NCBI GenBank assembly: GCA_965240325.2
Contig: OZ251234.1
Location: 124,001-188,000 of the forward strand
Length of the DNA: 64,000 bases
Source of the DNA: Rebecca billardiae RCC1528
Taxonomy: Eukaryota > Protista > Haptophyta
Direction of reading: 5' to 3'
Shown: piece after piece, positions 12,801 through 24,146 of the stretch
How positions within the stretch are numbered: the first letter of the stretch is position 1
Layout of the letters: each line of letters begins with the position of its first letter
Translations under genes and position numbers: made by a program
The notes under the pieces: generated by a model
The model's input: only the letters and a program-made list of their open reading frames with translations
What the model was told of the DNA's origin: nothing
Database searches by the model: none

Positions 12801-15030
12801 CCTCGTACTCGTAGTACAGCTCGGCCATCGGCTTGGCGTCGAGCATCTGACGCAGCCTGTCGTCCGCGCGCTCGGACGCGAGTCTGAAGTGGTTGTTCCA
12901 GCAGCGCTCGAGCGAGGTGGCGAGGGTGGCGCCCGAGCCGCCGTACCGCGCGTGCGCCAGCCGCACCATCGACGAGAGGAACGACGGCAGCAGCAGCGCC
13001 GCGTCGGAGGAGACCACCGCCATCGGCGTGATCATCGGCCGCGGCGTGCGGCCGCGCGGCAGCTGCTTGGCGCGCGCGGAGGCGGAACCGTCGGCGCCGC
13101 GCGGCTGCTGCGCGGACGCCGCCTCCTTCGCCTGCGTGCCCACCGCGTCGGCCATCTGCACCGAGGCGATGAACACCTGGTTCACCTGCTCGGCGCTCAT
13201 CACCGCGCGGCCCGCCGCCGAGCTCGGCCGCTTGCGCGGGCTGCCGCCCTCCTCCCCGTCCGAGCAGCCCGCGCCCTCGTCCGCGCCCGCCGCCGGCTCG
13301 GCCGCGGGCGCGCCCCCGGCCTCCGCGCCCGCCGACGCGATCGACGCGCGCTTCTTCTTGGCCGCGGCGCCCTTCTTCGCGCCCTTCCCCCCGCCGCGCG
13401 CGCCGCCCCTGCCCGGCGGCGCGCCCGCCTCCGCGCGCCCCTCCTCCTCCTCCTGCTGCAGGTAGAAGACGCCGCCGTCCTCTGCGCCCTCCGAGTCGCC
13501 GCCCTGCACGCCGTGCTGCGAGGGCGGGAGCAGCCGCGCGTCGCGGCAGAAGGTGGTGAAGTCGTTCTTCGAGACCGTCGCCGCCTTCTCGATGGTGTGG
13601 ATGCGCATCTGCGCGCGCGCGAGGGGCGCGCGCAGCGCCGGCGCGTGAGCCGCGCCGCGCTGCGCGCCGCCGTCGAGCGGCTGGCGGCGCGCGCGGCGCG
13701 CGGCGAGTCGCGGCGCGGCGCTGCGGCGCGGCGCGGCGCACACCTGCGCCTCGCTCGTGCGGTCGAGCGCGGCGTACCGCCTGAACATGGCGAAGACGCC
13801 GACGTGCCTGCTCGCGAGGAACGCGCGCAGCTGCGCGATGTCCCACTCGTCGACCTCCGCCTGCTCGGCCGGCAGCAGGTCCACGATCTCCTCCAGCATG
13901 CGGTCCATGTGCCGGTCAAACTGGCGCGCGTCCGAGCCGTCGTTGTACGTGGGCTTGGTGCGCGCGAGCGAGGCGAGGGGGTCGTCGGAGGCGCCCTCGT
14001 TGCCCGTCGCCCAGCCGTGCAGCCCGGCGATCCCCGTCGGCCGGTCCACCATCGGCCGCACCAGCTGCCCCGTGCGCGCGTCTTCCTCCAGCTCGTACCG
14101 CTTCACGCGCGCGTGCTGCGTGCGCACCACGCGCCGCACCACGCGCGTGTCGAACCGGCCCGCGTACCGCGGGTCGCGCCAGCGGAGCTGGCGCAGCGCG
14201 AAGCGGAAGCCGGCCGAGTGCGTGTCGTACAGCTGCGGCTGCTCCGTCATCCCGCGCAGGTACGCCGCCGCGGCGAGCTCGTACTGCCCCGCGCTCAGCA
14301 GCCCGCGCGCGTCTGATGGCCGCACCGCCGCCATCATCGCCTCGTCGACGCCGGGCAGCAGCTCGTCCCACGGGTCGGGCGGGCCGTGCGAGTCGTCGGA
14401 GGAGGCGTCGGAGCGCGAGTCCGCGTCGCTGTGCGCCGAGCTCGACGCGCTGCCCTCCTCGCCGCCCGCCGCGCCGCCCTCCGCCCCCGGCCGCCCCTCC
14501 GCCGCGCGGAGCTCCTGCCGCTCGTGCAGCTGCGCGAGCGCGCCCTTCAGCTGCGCGGTGTGCCCAAAGTCGCTGGGCGCGGCCCAGCGCGCGTCGAGCA
14601 TGGCGATGAACTCCGCCGTGGGCATCGGCTTGAACGACTCGGCGCGCTCCACATTGGGCGGCGGCGGCGGCGGCGCCGCCTGCTCCAGGTAGACTCGGGA
14701 GTGGTGCCGCGCGGCCAGCTGCCGCCACTCGACCGGGTGGGACTGGCGGCTGGCGTGGCGGATGGTGAGCGAGCGCGGCGGGAGCGCGGCGAGCGCCGAG
14801 GCCGGGCGCGACGGCCGGCCGAGCGACGGCTGGCTGCTCAGCGCCGACTGGCGCGAGTGCGGCCGCTCGGCCGGGCGGCCGAGCGCCGAGGCCGATGCGG
14901 TGCTCGGGCGCTCGCGGCCCTGCGCCGGTGGGACGCGCGGCGGCAGGGCGCGGCCAGCCGGCCGGATGGGCGCATGGCTCACCGCCGAGATGGGCCGAGG
15001 CTCAGGCGGCCTGCGCACCGTGCCGTGCAT
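9832..15030 (-). CDS. Large protein with a TPR-like helix pair and two EF-hand/p25alpha-like helical repeats; exons 15030-13744, 13608-12802, 12596-12081, 11933-11741, 11627-9832
   Basis: Four GT-AG introns give one continuous frame. Motifs VFAMFRRY..KNDFTTFCRD..QVNQVF..PSFLSSMVRLA and LKAIFDYH..FGEWGLFW..QLQKVF..KEFWEGLVRTA repeat one pattern. The function call is tentative. Confidence 0.7.
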
Positions 15031-15298
15031 GCTGGGCGCACGGCGCCCTCCCCCAACCACCCTGGCTTGGCAAGGGCGGGCGTCGGCGGCAAGGGCCGAC
15101 ACCGTTACAAGGTGTCCACTGCACGCTCAAGCCTCAAGCGCCGGCGCGGCGGCTGCCGGCGCTGCCCATGAGCTGGCTGCATCATGGCCGCAAAAATGTT
15201 GCGCCCTTCGCCGCCGCAGGCGGGCGGTTGCCGGTTCGGCCTTGTTCGTCACCACAAACGCGCAGGCGTGCGGCCGCGACGAACGCGAAGGCGCCAGA

Positions 15299-15757
15299 AT
15301 GATGTCCGCACGCTTTGCCCTGCTCGCGCTGCTGGCGTCGCTGGGCGTCGCGCGCGGCGTGGTCCCGGCGTGCGCGCGTCCCGCGGGCTCCGTGCTCGCC
15401 GCGCGCGCGCGCACGCCGCGCTCCGCGCTGCTGGCCGGCCCGCGCGCTCCGAAGGAGGAGAGCGGCGAGGGCGAGAAGAAGAAGGGCCTCTCCCTGGGCG
15501 GCCTCGTGCAGCTCGTCACGATGGGCGCCGGCGCGCCGTCGCTCGGTGAGTACAAGGGAATGGACGGGAACACGGCGATGTTCGAGCTCGAGGCGAACAA
15601 CTTCGAGGACAAGGACGGCAACGTGCGCAAGGGGCGCTACTTCGAGGACGGGTACGTGGACGACCCGGCCGGCGGGGATGCGCCCCCGGGCTTCCTTGAG
15701 AACCTTCTCAGCGGCGGTCAGCTGCAGCGTGAGTACGACGAGCGGACGAGGAAGTAG
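15299..15757 (+). CDS. Small protein with signal peptide and basic transit-like region, probably plastid-targeted; function unknown
   Basis: MMSARFALLALLASLGVARG signal, then an Arg/Ala-rich linker, then a complex domain GLVQLVTMGAGAPSLGEY...FELEANNF...PPGFLENLLSGG. Confidence 0.75.
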   Translation: MMSARFALLALLASLGVARGVVPACARPAGSVLAARARTPRSALLAGPRAPKEESGEGEKKKGLSLGGLVQLVTMGAGAPSLGEYKGMDGNTAMFELEANNFEDKDGNVRKGRYFEDGYVDDPAGGDAPPGFLENLLSGGQLQREYDERTRK

Positions 15758-16337
15758 AGCGGGCACGCGCCCGTGCCCGTCGGCTGCGCCTCGCCGCGCG
15801 CACGCGAGGCGCGCCACCACTCAGTCAGGGGCAGCATCACACGGGCCGCTGCTGCCTGCCTGCCGTGCCGTCCATCGCCGGCCTCACTGAGTGAGTCACT
15901 CGCCGTCATCTGCTGCACCTGCGGGCACGGACTTTGCTGGGCAGCTGGCAGGCCCTGCCGGAGCGCCGCCAAGGCGAATCGGCACCGCCGCCCATACCGG
16001 CACTGGGCTCTGGCGCCACCACTGCGCGCAGCGCTACGGCCGTGCCGGGCCGGTGAGCAGACTGAGCTCACCTATGGGCCCCGCGGGCCCGGGCCGGCCC
16101 CGCAGGGGCGCAGGCGGCCCCGCGACAGTCACTTCTGTCAGTGGCGCGACACTCCGTGACGCCCGACACCATGGCGGCGCCGGCGGCGCACGGGCCAGCC
16201 TGGCACTGCCTCTCGGCGGGATGGCCCGGGATCGGCAGCGGATCCGACTCGCCCGGCACCGGGACGAGTGACGGACGGCACTCCGACAGGTATCGACTCG
16301 ACGTCGATACTGCTCGCACTATAGATCTGTCGTATAC

Positions 16338-16342
<5 letters not shown>

Positions 16343-16370
<28 letters not shown>
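16343..16370. repeat. (TA)14 microsatellite
   Basis: Perfect TA run in intergenic DNA. Confidence 0.95.
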
Positions 16371-16373
<3 letters not shown>

Positions 16374-17407
16374 GCTACAAAAACTGCAGACTCAGTCGCT
16401 GGCGTGCGCGAGTGTACAAGCTGTCATCAATGCTGTGACGGATGAGTCGGATGCTCATCGCCGTTGGTCGCCACCGTCAATTCGTGCTGACGGCGCTGAG
16501 CCGTCGGAAGGTCTGTCGGAAGGATGCAGGCCGGCATGTCGGGGCGCATGTCTCAGGCATGCTGAGGGGCATGGACGGAAGTGTGCTCTGGGATCGGGCA
16601 GAGCTTGTAGTTCCACTCGAGCGAGGCTCGCCGCTTGGCACGCGGCGCCAGCCCGGCCGAGCGCTGCGTCGCGTGCCGAGCGAGCTGCTGCAGCAGTGCA
16701 AGGCGTGGCGGCCGTTGTGGCCGGCCTGTGATTGCGCCAGCGGAATTATTGGACGGCCCTGACCATGTGATCCGTCGCCGCCGCCACCCTGCGCCGGGGG
16801 GGAGGTACCAGGCGCGTGAGCGCGAGTGTGCGCGTGCGCAGGCGCGAGGGTTCGCGTGGTGCGCGCGTACGTGCGGCGACCTCGAAGATGAGGCGCACGA
16901 CGAGGAGCTGCTTGACGAGACGCAGCACGCCACGCGCCTTGCGTGCATCGGTCTGGACCGCAGCCGCGGCCCACATGGGGAGAAGCGATGGCGGGGCTCC
17001 CGGCGTCCGCTCGATCTGCCACCGCCGTGTTTGCCCGCCCCCCAAGATGAAGGCAGCAGCTTGATGAAAGCTCTGCTGGAGGCTTGAGTGCTTTCAGGGT
17101 GTGGGCCTTGTTCAGGGGCTTCGGCCGCGTGTTCGGCTGTTCGCCCCGTCTATGTCGTCGGAGCGGAATCGCGCGCAGATTACTTGGAAAATGTCCATTA
17201 GGTGGCCACACGGCCCGTGAGTGGACGGATTCGGGGTGGAGATGATGATGCCGCGTACAAAACGCGTCTCGTCAAGTCACGGCCGTTATTAAAAAGCGAG
17301 ACGTCGTCGTCAACGAACAAGACTCCTGAGCCCCGGACTCCGTCGGTCACTGCTCAGTGAGTGCTCACGAAGCACGCGCGCCCGGAGCGATGCGGACGCA
17401 CGCACAC

Positions 17408-18821
17408 TCACGGTTTGCCCGTGGCGGCGCGCAGGGCGGCGTCGAGGTCCTTGGGCACGTCGTACCACGCGGAGAAGAAGCGCACCGCCGTCGCGACCAG
17501 CCGCAGCCGCCCCGCCGTGTCCAGCGCCTCCGCCTCGGCGCGCGTGAGCGGCGGCGCCGCCGGGTCGGTCGCAACGTCTGCGCGCCGGAAGACGAGCGCG
17601 AGCGACGCGCGGGGCTGGAGCGCGCCCTCGCGCTCGCACGCGGCGCCCCAGTGGACGACATTGCCGTTCCACCCCATCAGCGTCCCCGCGCGCACCGGCG
17701 CGAGCGGGCGCACGCCCTTCAGGTCCACGTCGGGCGCGAGCCGCCCCTGCCGGCCGCGCTCGTAGCCGTCGTCGTGTTGCCGCGGCAGCACGTACATGGG
17801 GCCGTTGGAGAGGGTGACGTCGTTGAGCGGCAGCCAGACGGAGAGCACGCGCGGCCGCCCATCCGCGTCGAGCGCCTCGGCGCGGCCGTAGTCGCGGTGC
17901 GGCCGCGCAAAGTTGTTGCCCGCGTAGCTGCGCGGCGCGCGGCGCGCGGTGGCGGCGGGGCCGCGCGCCGCGCGCGACGTGGCGTGGGCTCGCGGGCTCG
18001 GGGGCGGGACGGCGGGCGGGCGGGCGGCGCGCGCGCGCGCGGCGGGGCGGGGCGCGCGCGCGCGCACCGCCGCCCCGCGCGCCCCGCCTCGTACTCCAGC
18101 TTGAACGCCGCCACCGACGGCTCGAGCACGCACGCGCCTCCAAGCAGCGCCTCGGCGCAGCCCCACATGCCGCGCACCAGCTGCCAGGTGGCGTCGAACA
18201 TGAAGACGAAGGCGGGCGGGAGCGAGGGCGTGTGCGCGCGCAGCCGCGCCATCAGCCGCACGAGCGAGCGCAGCGCAGCCGCGTCCTGCGCGATCGCGCA
18301 CGCGCCCTCCGCGCCGCGCGCGCGCTCGGCGCGGCGCGCGCGCGCGCCGCCCGGCGCGCGGCCGGCGCGCGGCAGCGAGCCCGCGGCCGCGTCCGCCGCG
18401 TCCGCCTCGGGTGCGTCGGGCGCGGCGGGCGGCCCCTCCCACACGAAGTAGCCGTCGCGCTCGAGCCGCGCGGCGAGCCGCGCGCGCTCCTCGCCCGCGG
18501 GCGGCGCCCGCAGCGCCACGCTCGAGCGCTCGCACACGTGCGCGCAGCCGCTCGCCAGCCGCGTCCAGAACTCGGCTGAGCGCCACTCCGAGGCGGCGGC
18601 GGCGGCGGAGGGCGGGCGCGCGGGCGGCGCGGGCGCAGGCCTGGGCCTCTTGTTGCGCGTGCCGGCCTCGGCGTCGGCCTCCTGCGCGCCCGCGCCCTCC
18701 TCCGCCGCGTCGAAAAGCTCCCAACCGCCGCCACCGCCGCTGCCGCCGCTGCCGCCGCCAACGGCCGGCGCGGCCGGGCGCGCGCCGCTCCCTCCAGCGG
18801 CCGCCGCCTCGCCGCCGCCGC

Positions 18822-18857
<36 letters not shown>

Positions 18858-19428
18858 CGTCTGCGGCAGCCCAGGAGAGGGCGCACACGCGCGCGTCTGC
18901 CCACGAGCACTCGTCCAGCGTGAAAGGCGGCGGGCGCGCTGGCAGGCCCGACGCGCCCGCGGCCCGAGCGCGCGGCGGCGCGGCCGCGCGCAGCACCGCC
19001 GCCCAGCGCGCGCGCAGCTCCTCCTCGCGCTCCCCTTGCGCACCCGCACCCGCGCGCTCGGCCTCGGCTGAGCCCTCGGCGCGCGAGCGCGCGCGCCGAG
19101 CGGCGGCGGGTTCGGGCGGCGCGCGCGCACAGCAGTCGAGGACGAGGACGGGGCAGCGCTGCGCACGCGGCGCTGCGCCGGACGCGGGCGCGTGCCGCGC
19201 GCCCTCGGCGCCCGCCTCCGCCTCGTCCAGCGCCGCGCCATCAGCCACCCCGAACAGCCAGGCCGCGCCGTGCTGCGACCCAGTGGCGCTGCGCGCCTCC
19301 GCGGCCAGGACAGCGTGCGCGAGCTGCGCGCGCTCGGCCAGCGCGGCGGGCGCTGGGTCGGCCTCGCGCGCGGCCGCGCGCGCCGCGGCGCTGCCACGTG
19401 GCCGCTGCCGCTCCGCCGCCGCCTCCGC

Positions 19429-19473
<45 letters not shown>

Positions 19474-20907
19474 TGCGCGTGCTGAGCCGCTGACCACGAC
19501 GAGCATCGCGCCGTCGCGCCGCGCGCGCCGCGCGAGCTCGGCGAGCGCCGCGGCCTCAGCCCCGCGCGGCCGCGCGGCGCCGGCCTCCCCGCCGCCGCCG
19601 CCCAGCAGCGCGGCCGCGCGCGCCTCCCGCATCGCGCCCAGGTCGACCACGATCGCGGCGTAGCGACGGCTGGCCAGCGGCTGCGCTGAGAGCGCGGCTC
19701 GGAGGGAGGGCGCGCGCTCGTCTGGCAGGAGATGCACGGTGCACCCCGCGCCGCCCTCCGCAGCGCCGCCCGCCGCCTGGTCGGACGGGCCGCCGCCGCC
19801 GCCCTCGGCCGCGCTGACGCCGCCTGCCGCGCCCGCGCCCGCGCCCGCGTGCGTGCGGCAGCGCAGCCCAAAGTGCATGGCCGCCAGGTTGACGAGATCG
19901 GGCTCCACCTCGAGCGCGTCCACGAGGGCGTGCGGCGCGTGGCGGCGGAGGAAGGAGGGCAGGAGCCCGCCGCCCAGCCCGAGGAGCAGCACCGAGCCCG
20001 CGAGCGCCGGCGCCGTGCCGCGCTCCACGCCGTCAGCGCCCGGACCGTCCGCGCCGTCGGCGCACGCTCGGCCGCCGCCGCCGGCTTGGCCGCCGCCGCC
20101 GCCGCTGCCGGTCCCGCCGCCGCCGCCGCCGCCGCGCTGCGCGAGCGCCATCAGCGTGAGCGCGGCGGCGGTGGTCGTGTCCCAGCTCTCGAGCTGCGCG
20201 CCGGGCTCGTCGGCCAGGTCCATCTCCGCCGCGCGAGGCCCGTCCACGTCCCGCCACTCGCCGAGCACCAGCTGCCGCACCGTCGCGCCGTGCGCGTGCT
20301 CGCCCGTGTCCATCGCCACGTCCAGCACGGCCGTGCACGCGCGCGCGCAGTGGTGGAGGACGGCGACGGGCCAGCGGACGGCGCCGGAGGGGCGCACCTC
20401 GAGCGGCATGGCGAGCGAGAGCACGTCGAGCAGCAGCGCGCGCGCCCACGCGCCCGCCGCCTCGTCCCCCTCTCCGCGCGCCGCGCTCGGCAGCTGCGGC
20501 GTGGCGGTCTGCACCATGCCCGAGCCCTCGTGCAGGAAGGCGACGCGGTTGGTGTCGCCGTCGGGGACGACCTCCCAGCCGTGGCGCATGAGCAGCTCGG
20601 TCGCGCCGGCCGCGAGCTGCGAGAGCACCATCAGCCCCGCGTCCGCCTCGTCGATCGCCTCCGCCGAGTTGGCGCCCTCGCGCGGCGACAGGTCGTCGTT
20701 GCGCGTCACGCGCTGCGCCATCCGGAGCAGGGGCAGCACGGCGCCCGCGGCGACGACGCGCACGGCAGCGACGACGGCGTCTGGCGCCGCGACGAGCGCC
20801 TCGAACAGCTCGCGCGCCGCCTCCGTGCGCGCCGGCGCCTCGGCCGCGTCGACGACGGCCCGCACGCGCTGGTCCAATGACCCCGGCATCGTGGCCGATG
20901 TTGGCAT
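17408..20907 (-). CDS. Multidomain protein: degenerate WW-like motif + class I SAM methyltransferase (spermidine-synthase/METTL13-C-like) + PhyH-family Fe(II)/2OG dioxygenase; exons 20907(or 20889)-18068, 17927-17408
   Basis: [15 protein letters not shown]...[20 protein letters not shown] is SAM motif I plus the acidic beta2 residue. [13 protein letters not shown] (HxD), [21 protein letters not shown] and GNVVHWG are PhyH motifs. Phase-2 intron 18067-17928 keeps the frame. Confidence 0.8.
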
Positions 20908-21100
20908 GTTCGGGCGGAGCGCGCCGAGAGGCCTTCCGGACGCGGTCTGAAAGCCCCGGACCGCGCTCGCTTGATGAGTCCGGTAATTATGGCCGGATTG
21001 AGAACCCAAAAGCATCGCCGAGCTCGGCGATCGGGGCCAGAGCTGCTGCGCAGAGTGGTCGGGCTGCCCGAGACAGCACATCTTGGGGTGTCGTGGCGAG

Positions 21101-22126
21101 ATGGCGCCCGCACTCGATGACCCGATCTACGACAAGTGCTCGCCAATGTGCGTCGTGTGCGCGAGGCAGTGGGCCGAGCTCGCTCGACCTGCGGGCCGTC
21201 GCCCCGCCGTGGCCATCGCGCGCCTCTCTCATGCCCGCGGCCGGCCGAGTCGGGCCTTCATTTGCGGCGGCTGACGTGCAAATGCGCGGCGTGCGCGCCC
21301 GTCCCCTGCGCGCAGGGCGCCCTTCTGGGGCTTCGTTGGCGCGGCGAACGCGCTCATTTTTGCGAGTGCGCGCGCGCGCGCGCGATGCTGCCAACCCGCG
21401 CTCGAGCCACAGCTGCACCGAGCGCGCGCGTGTGCCGGCATGGGCGCACTGGCTCATCAGCGCGGCGCGTGCGCGTGCGCGTGCAGACATGGGCGCCGCG
21501 TACGGGACGGCGAAGAGTGGCATGGGCATCCAGATCATGGGCGTGAGTAAGCCTGAGCTCGTGATGAAGAGCGTGATCCCCGTCGTCATGGCGGGAGTGA
21601 TTGGCATCTACGGCCTGATCATCGCAGTCATCATTGGCAACAAGGGTGCGGCCACGCACGCGCGCGCGCGCGCGCCAGCAGGCCGGGTGGGCACGTGGCG
21701 CCGCGCTGGGCGTTCCGCGGCCGTCCGCCCGCCGAGCCCGCGCCCGTGCCGCGCGGGCGCGCCCTCGGCCTCGCGGCTCACGGCCCCTCCCCCTCGCCGC
21801 CCTCCGCGCGCCCGCCCCTTCGCGGCCGCCCGCCCGTGCGCGCAGTCGCCCCCAACCAGGGCGGGCTGCCGCAGTACTCCAACTTTGAGGGCTACGCGAG
21901 CTTTGCGGGCGGGATGACCTGCGGCCTGTCGGGCCTGTCTGCGGGCATCGCGATCGGCATCGCGGGCGACACGGGCGTGCGCGCCTCAGCGCAGCAGTCC
22001 AAGCTCTTCGTGGGCATGGTGCTGATCCTCATCTTCTCCGAGGCCCTCGGGCTGTACGGGCTCATTGTCGGCCTCATCCTCGCCTCGCGGTCGGGCAAGC
22101 CGTGCGAGGCGGCCATCGCCGCGTGA
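21101..22126 (+). CDS. ATP6V0C: V-type H+-ATPase 16 kDa proteolipid subunit c; exons 21101-21147, 21316-21365, 21487-21645, 21846-22126
   Basis: [52 protein letters not shown] and [27 protein letters not shown], which carries the essential Glu. Three GT-AG introns restore the frame. Confidence 0.96.
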
Positions 22127-24146
22127 GCGGGGCGGGCGCGGCGGCGGCGGGCGCGAGGCGGGGCGGTGGGGATGGGGCAGGCGCGCGGCATTCATCGCAG
22201 CTCGGCGATGAGGCGAGGCCGCGCACGCGGGCGGCACGGCGACCGCGGGACACGCCGCGCCGCTGGCGGCGAGCGGTGCGGAGAGGCATGATGCTGGCAG
22301 CGGCCGCCGACACGGTCTGGTCCGGCGGGCGTCGAGCACGCCGTGCGCCGCGGTGTCCAGCCTCGGGCACGGCGGCAGTGCCGATGGTGGGCGTGGCGGT
22401 TGCCCAACCAGCCGACCCGCAGCCTGTCGACGATTCCGAACCGCATCATCAGTGATGATGATGATGTCCGCGCACCCGAGTCCCGATGCCGGTTGGCCGA
22501 GTGAGCTGCTGCGTGCTGATCTGCGGCCCCGAGCGGCGCTGGACTGCTAGCAGGGTGCCAGTCATAATCCCCTGCCAGACCTCACAGATTGATCTAGATG
22601 CCTGACGATGCTCGGTTGACAGATGGCGATGCCATACCGCGGGCCTGTTTTATTTCTACCAGATTCCATTAACATTTACTATGTCACGGCGACAAACCCT
22701 TGCCCGCCAGTGGGAATCGGTGTCACGCCCCGTTGGGTGTACCTCTCACGGCCGATGGCGGCCCCCACGTGCGCGAGGAACGCGATTCCTGCACTCCTCG
22801 GTGACCGGTGAGTGCAGGAATCCAGTTGCGGCTCTCGTCCGCCTCGTCATTGTCGCACACGAGGTACACCCAACACCATGGGTCGGATCCTAGAACTCTC
22901 CGCGCGCTCGCAGCCGCGCGGCGAGGCACTGGCAGGCTTGTTCTCATCATCTTGTCCAAGACTGCCTGCTAGATGCGCGAGGACGCGTGTGCACGCCTTT
23001 CCGCGCGTCATGGGTGCGCGTGGCACGCAACTTGTCGTCATCTACGCCGAGGAGGCTTAAGCAACCGGCCCACCAACCTGCCGTGACCACGTTCAAATGC
23101 AGGCGGCAAGCTGCATGCGAGCGCACGCAACGGAAACATCTCACGCTCGACAAGGAAGTGGTGGCAGACCGAGTAGAGCTGGAATCATTTGCAGTCCATC
23201 TGTTGTTCAACGATCCTGGTTCACCAGCTGACACGGGCGCGACGCAGCCAAGGCATAGTGCTTGCAGCTTGCAGCGCGCCCGCAACTACTGCGGTCTGCC
23301 GCCGCGGCGCGGCGATCGTCACACTGCCGTGCGCTGCGAGTGACCTCTGTGTCATGGCGAAGCAAGCAGCATGTCTTGGCAACACATTTCGCTACAGCTC
23401 AGCGCCCTAGTACGAACATGCGCCAACGACGTGCCATCACTACTCCGCAATCGCGCCGGCACCCACCACCAGCGGGCAAGCCGCAAGCCGCCATTTTACC
23501 GCGTTTTGGCGAATGTCGCCGTTGGGCTCTCCTAGCGAAATAAAACAGGCCACCGACGCGCGATGACCACTTCATCCATACATAGTCGTCAGTAACTATC
23601 GTCTGATGATGACGAGTGATGACCTCGAGACGCGATGCCCGGCCGCGGCCGCGCCGCCGCCGCTCAGACCGAGACTCCGCCGGCCCCGGGCCTGAGCGGC
23701 GCCAGGCGCGCTGTCGGCTGAAGAGTGAAGCCGCGGTGCGGCGCGGGAACCCGCACTCCGCAGCGCCCGCGCGCGGAGGCTCGGCACGACGTGGTCCGCT
23801 CGTAACGGAGGTCACGCCGGACGAGTTTGCGACCGTCGAGTCCACCTCCAAGGCCGAGCACATGCAGCCTGGCGTCTTGGGCCGCTCGGTGGCGGCGGCA
23901 GCGGGCACGGCGGCTCGACGGCGGCCGCGCGCGTGGCACTTGGCACTTGCGCCGCGGCCGTCGCGCACGCGTCTGTCCCCCGTCAGCCCACCCACGGGCA
24001 CGCTCCAGAAGAGACTGGAGGCAACCAACGCCCTCACGGTTGGGCAGTGGACGAGCCCCGAGCCCACAGCACGGGCCGCTCGCGGCCCCGCGCTGCTGCC
24101 GCTGCGCAGTGCGCAGTGCGCGCGCTTGACGTCGTCCTTTCACGGC

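Noticed and set aside
18086-18087. GC donor for the intron in the methyltransferase-dioxygenase gene
   Set aside because: Wrong phase. The GT donor at 18067 restores the frame.
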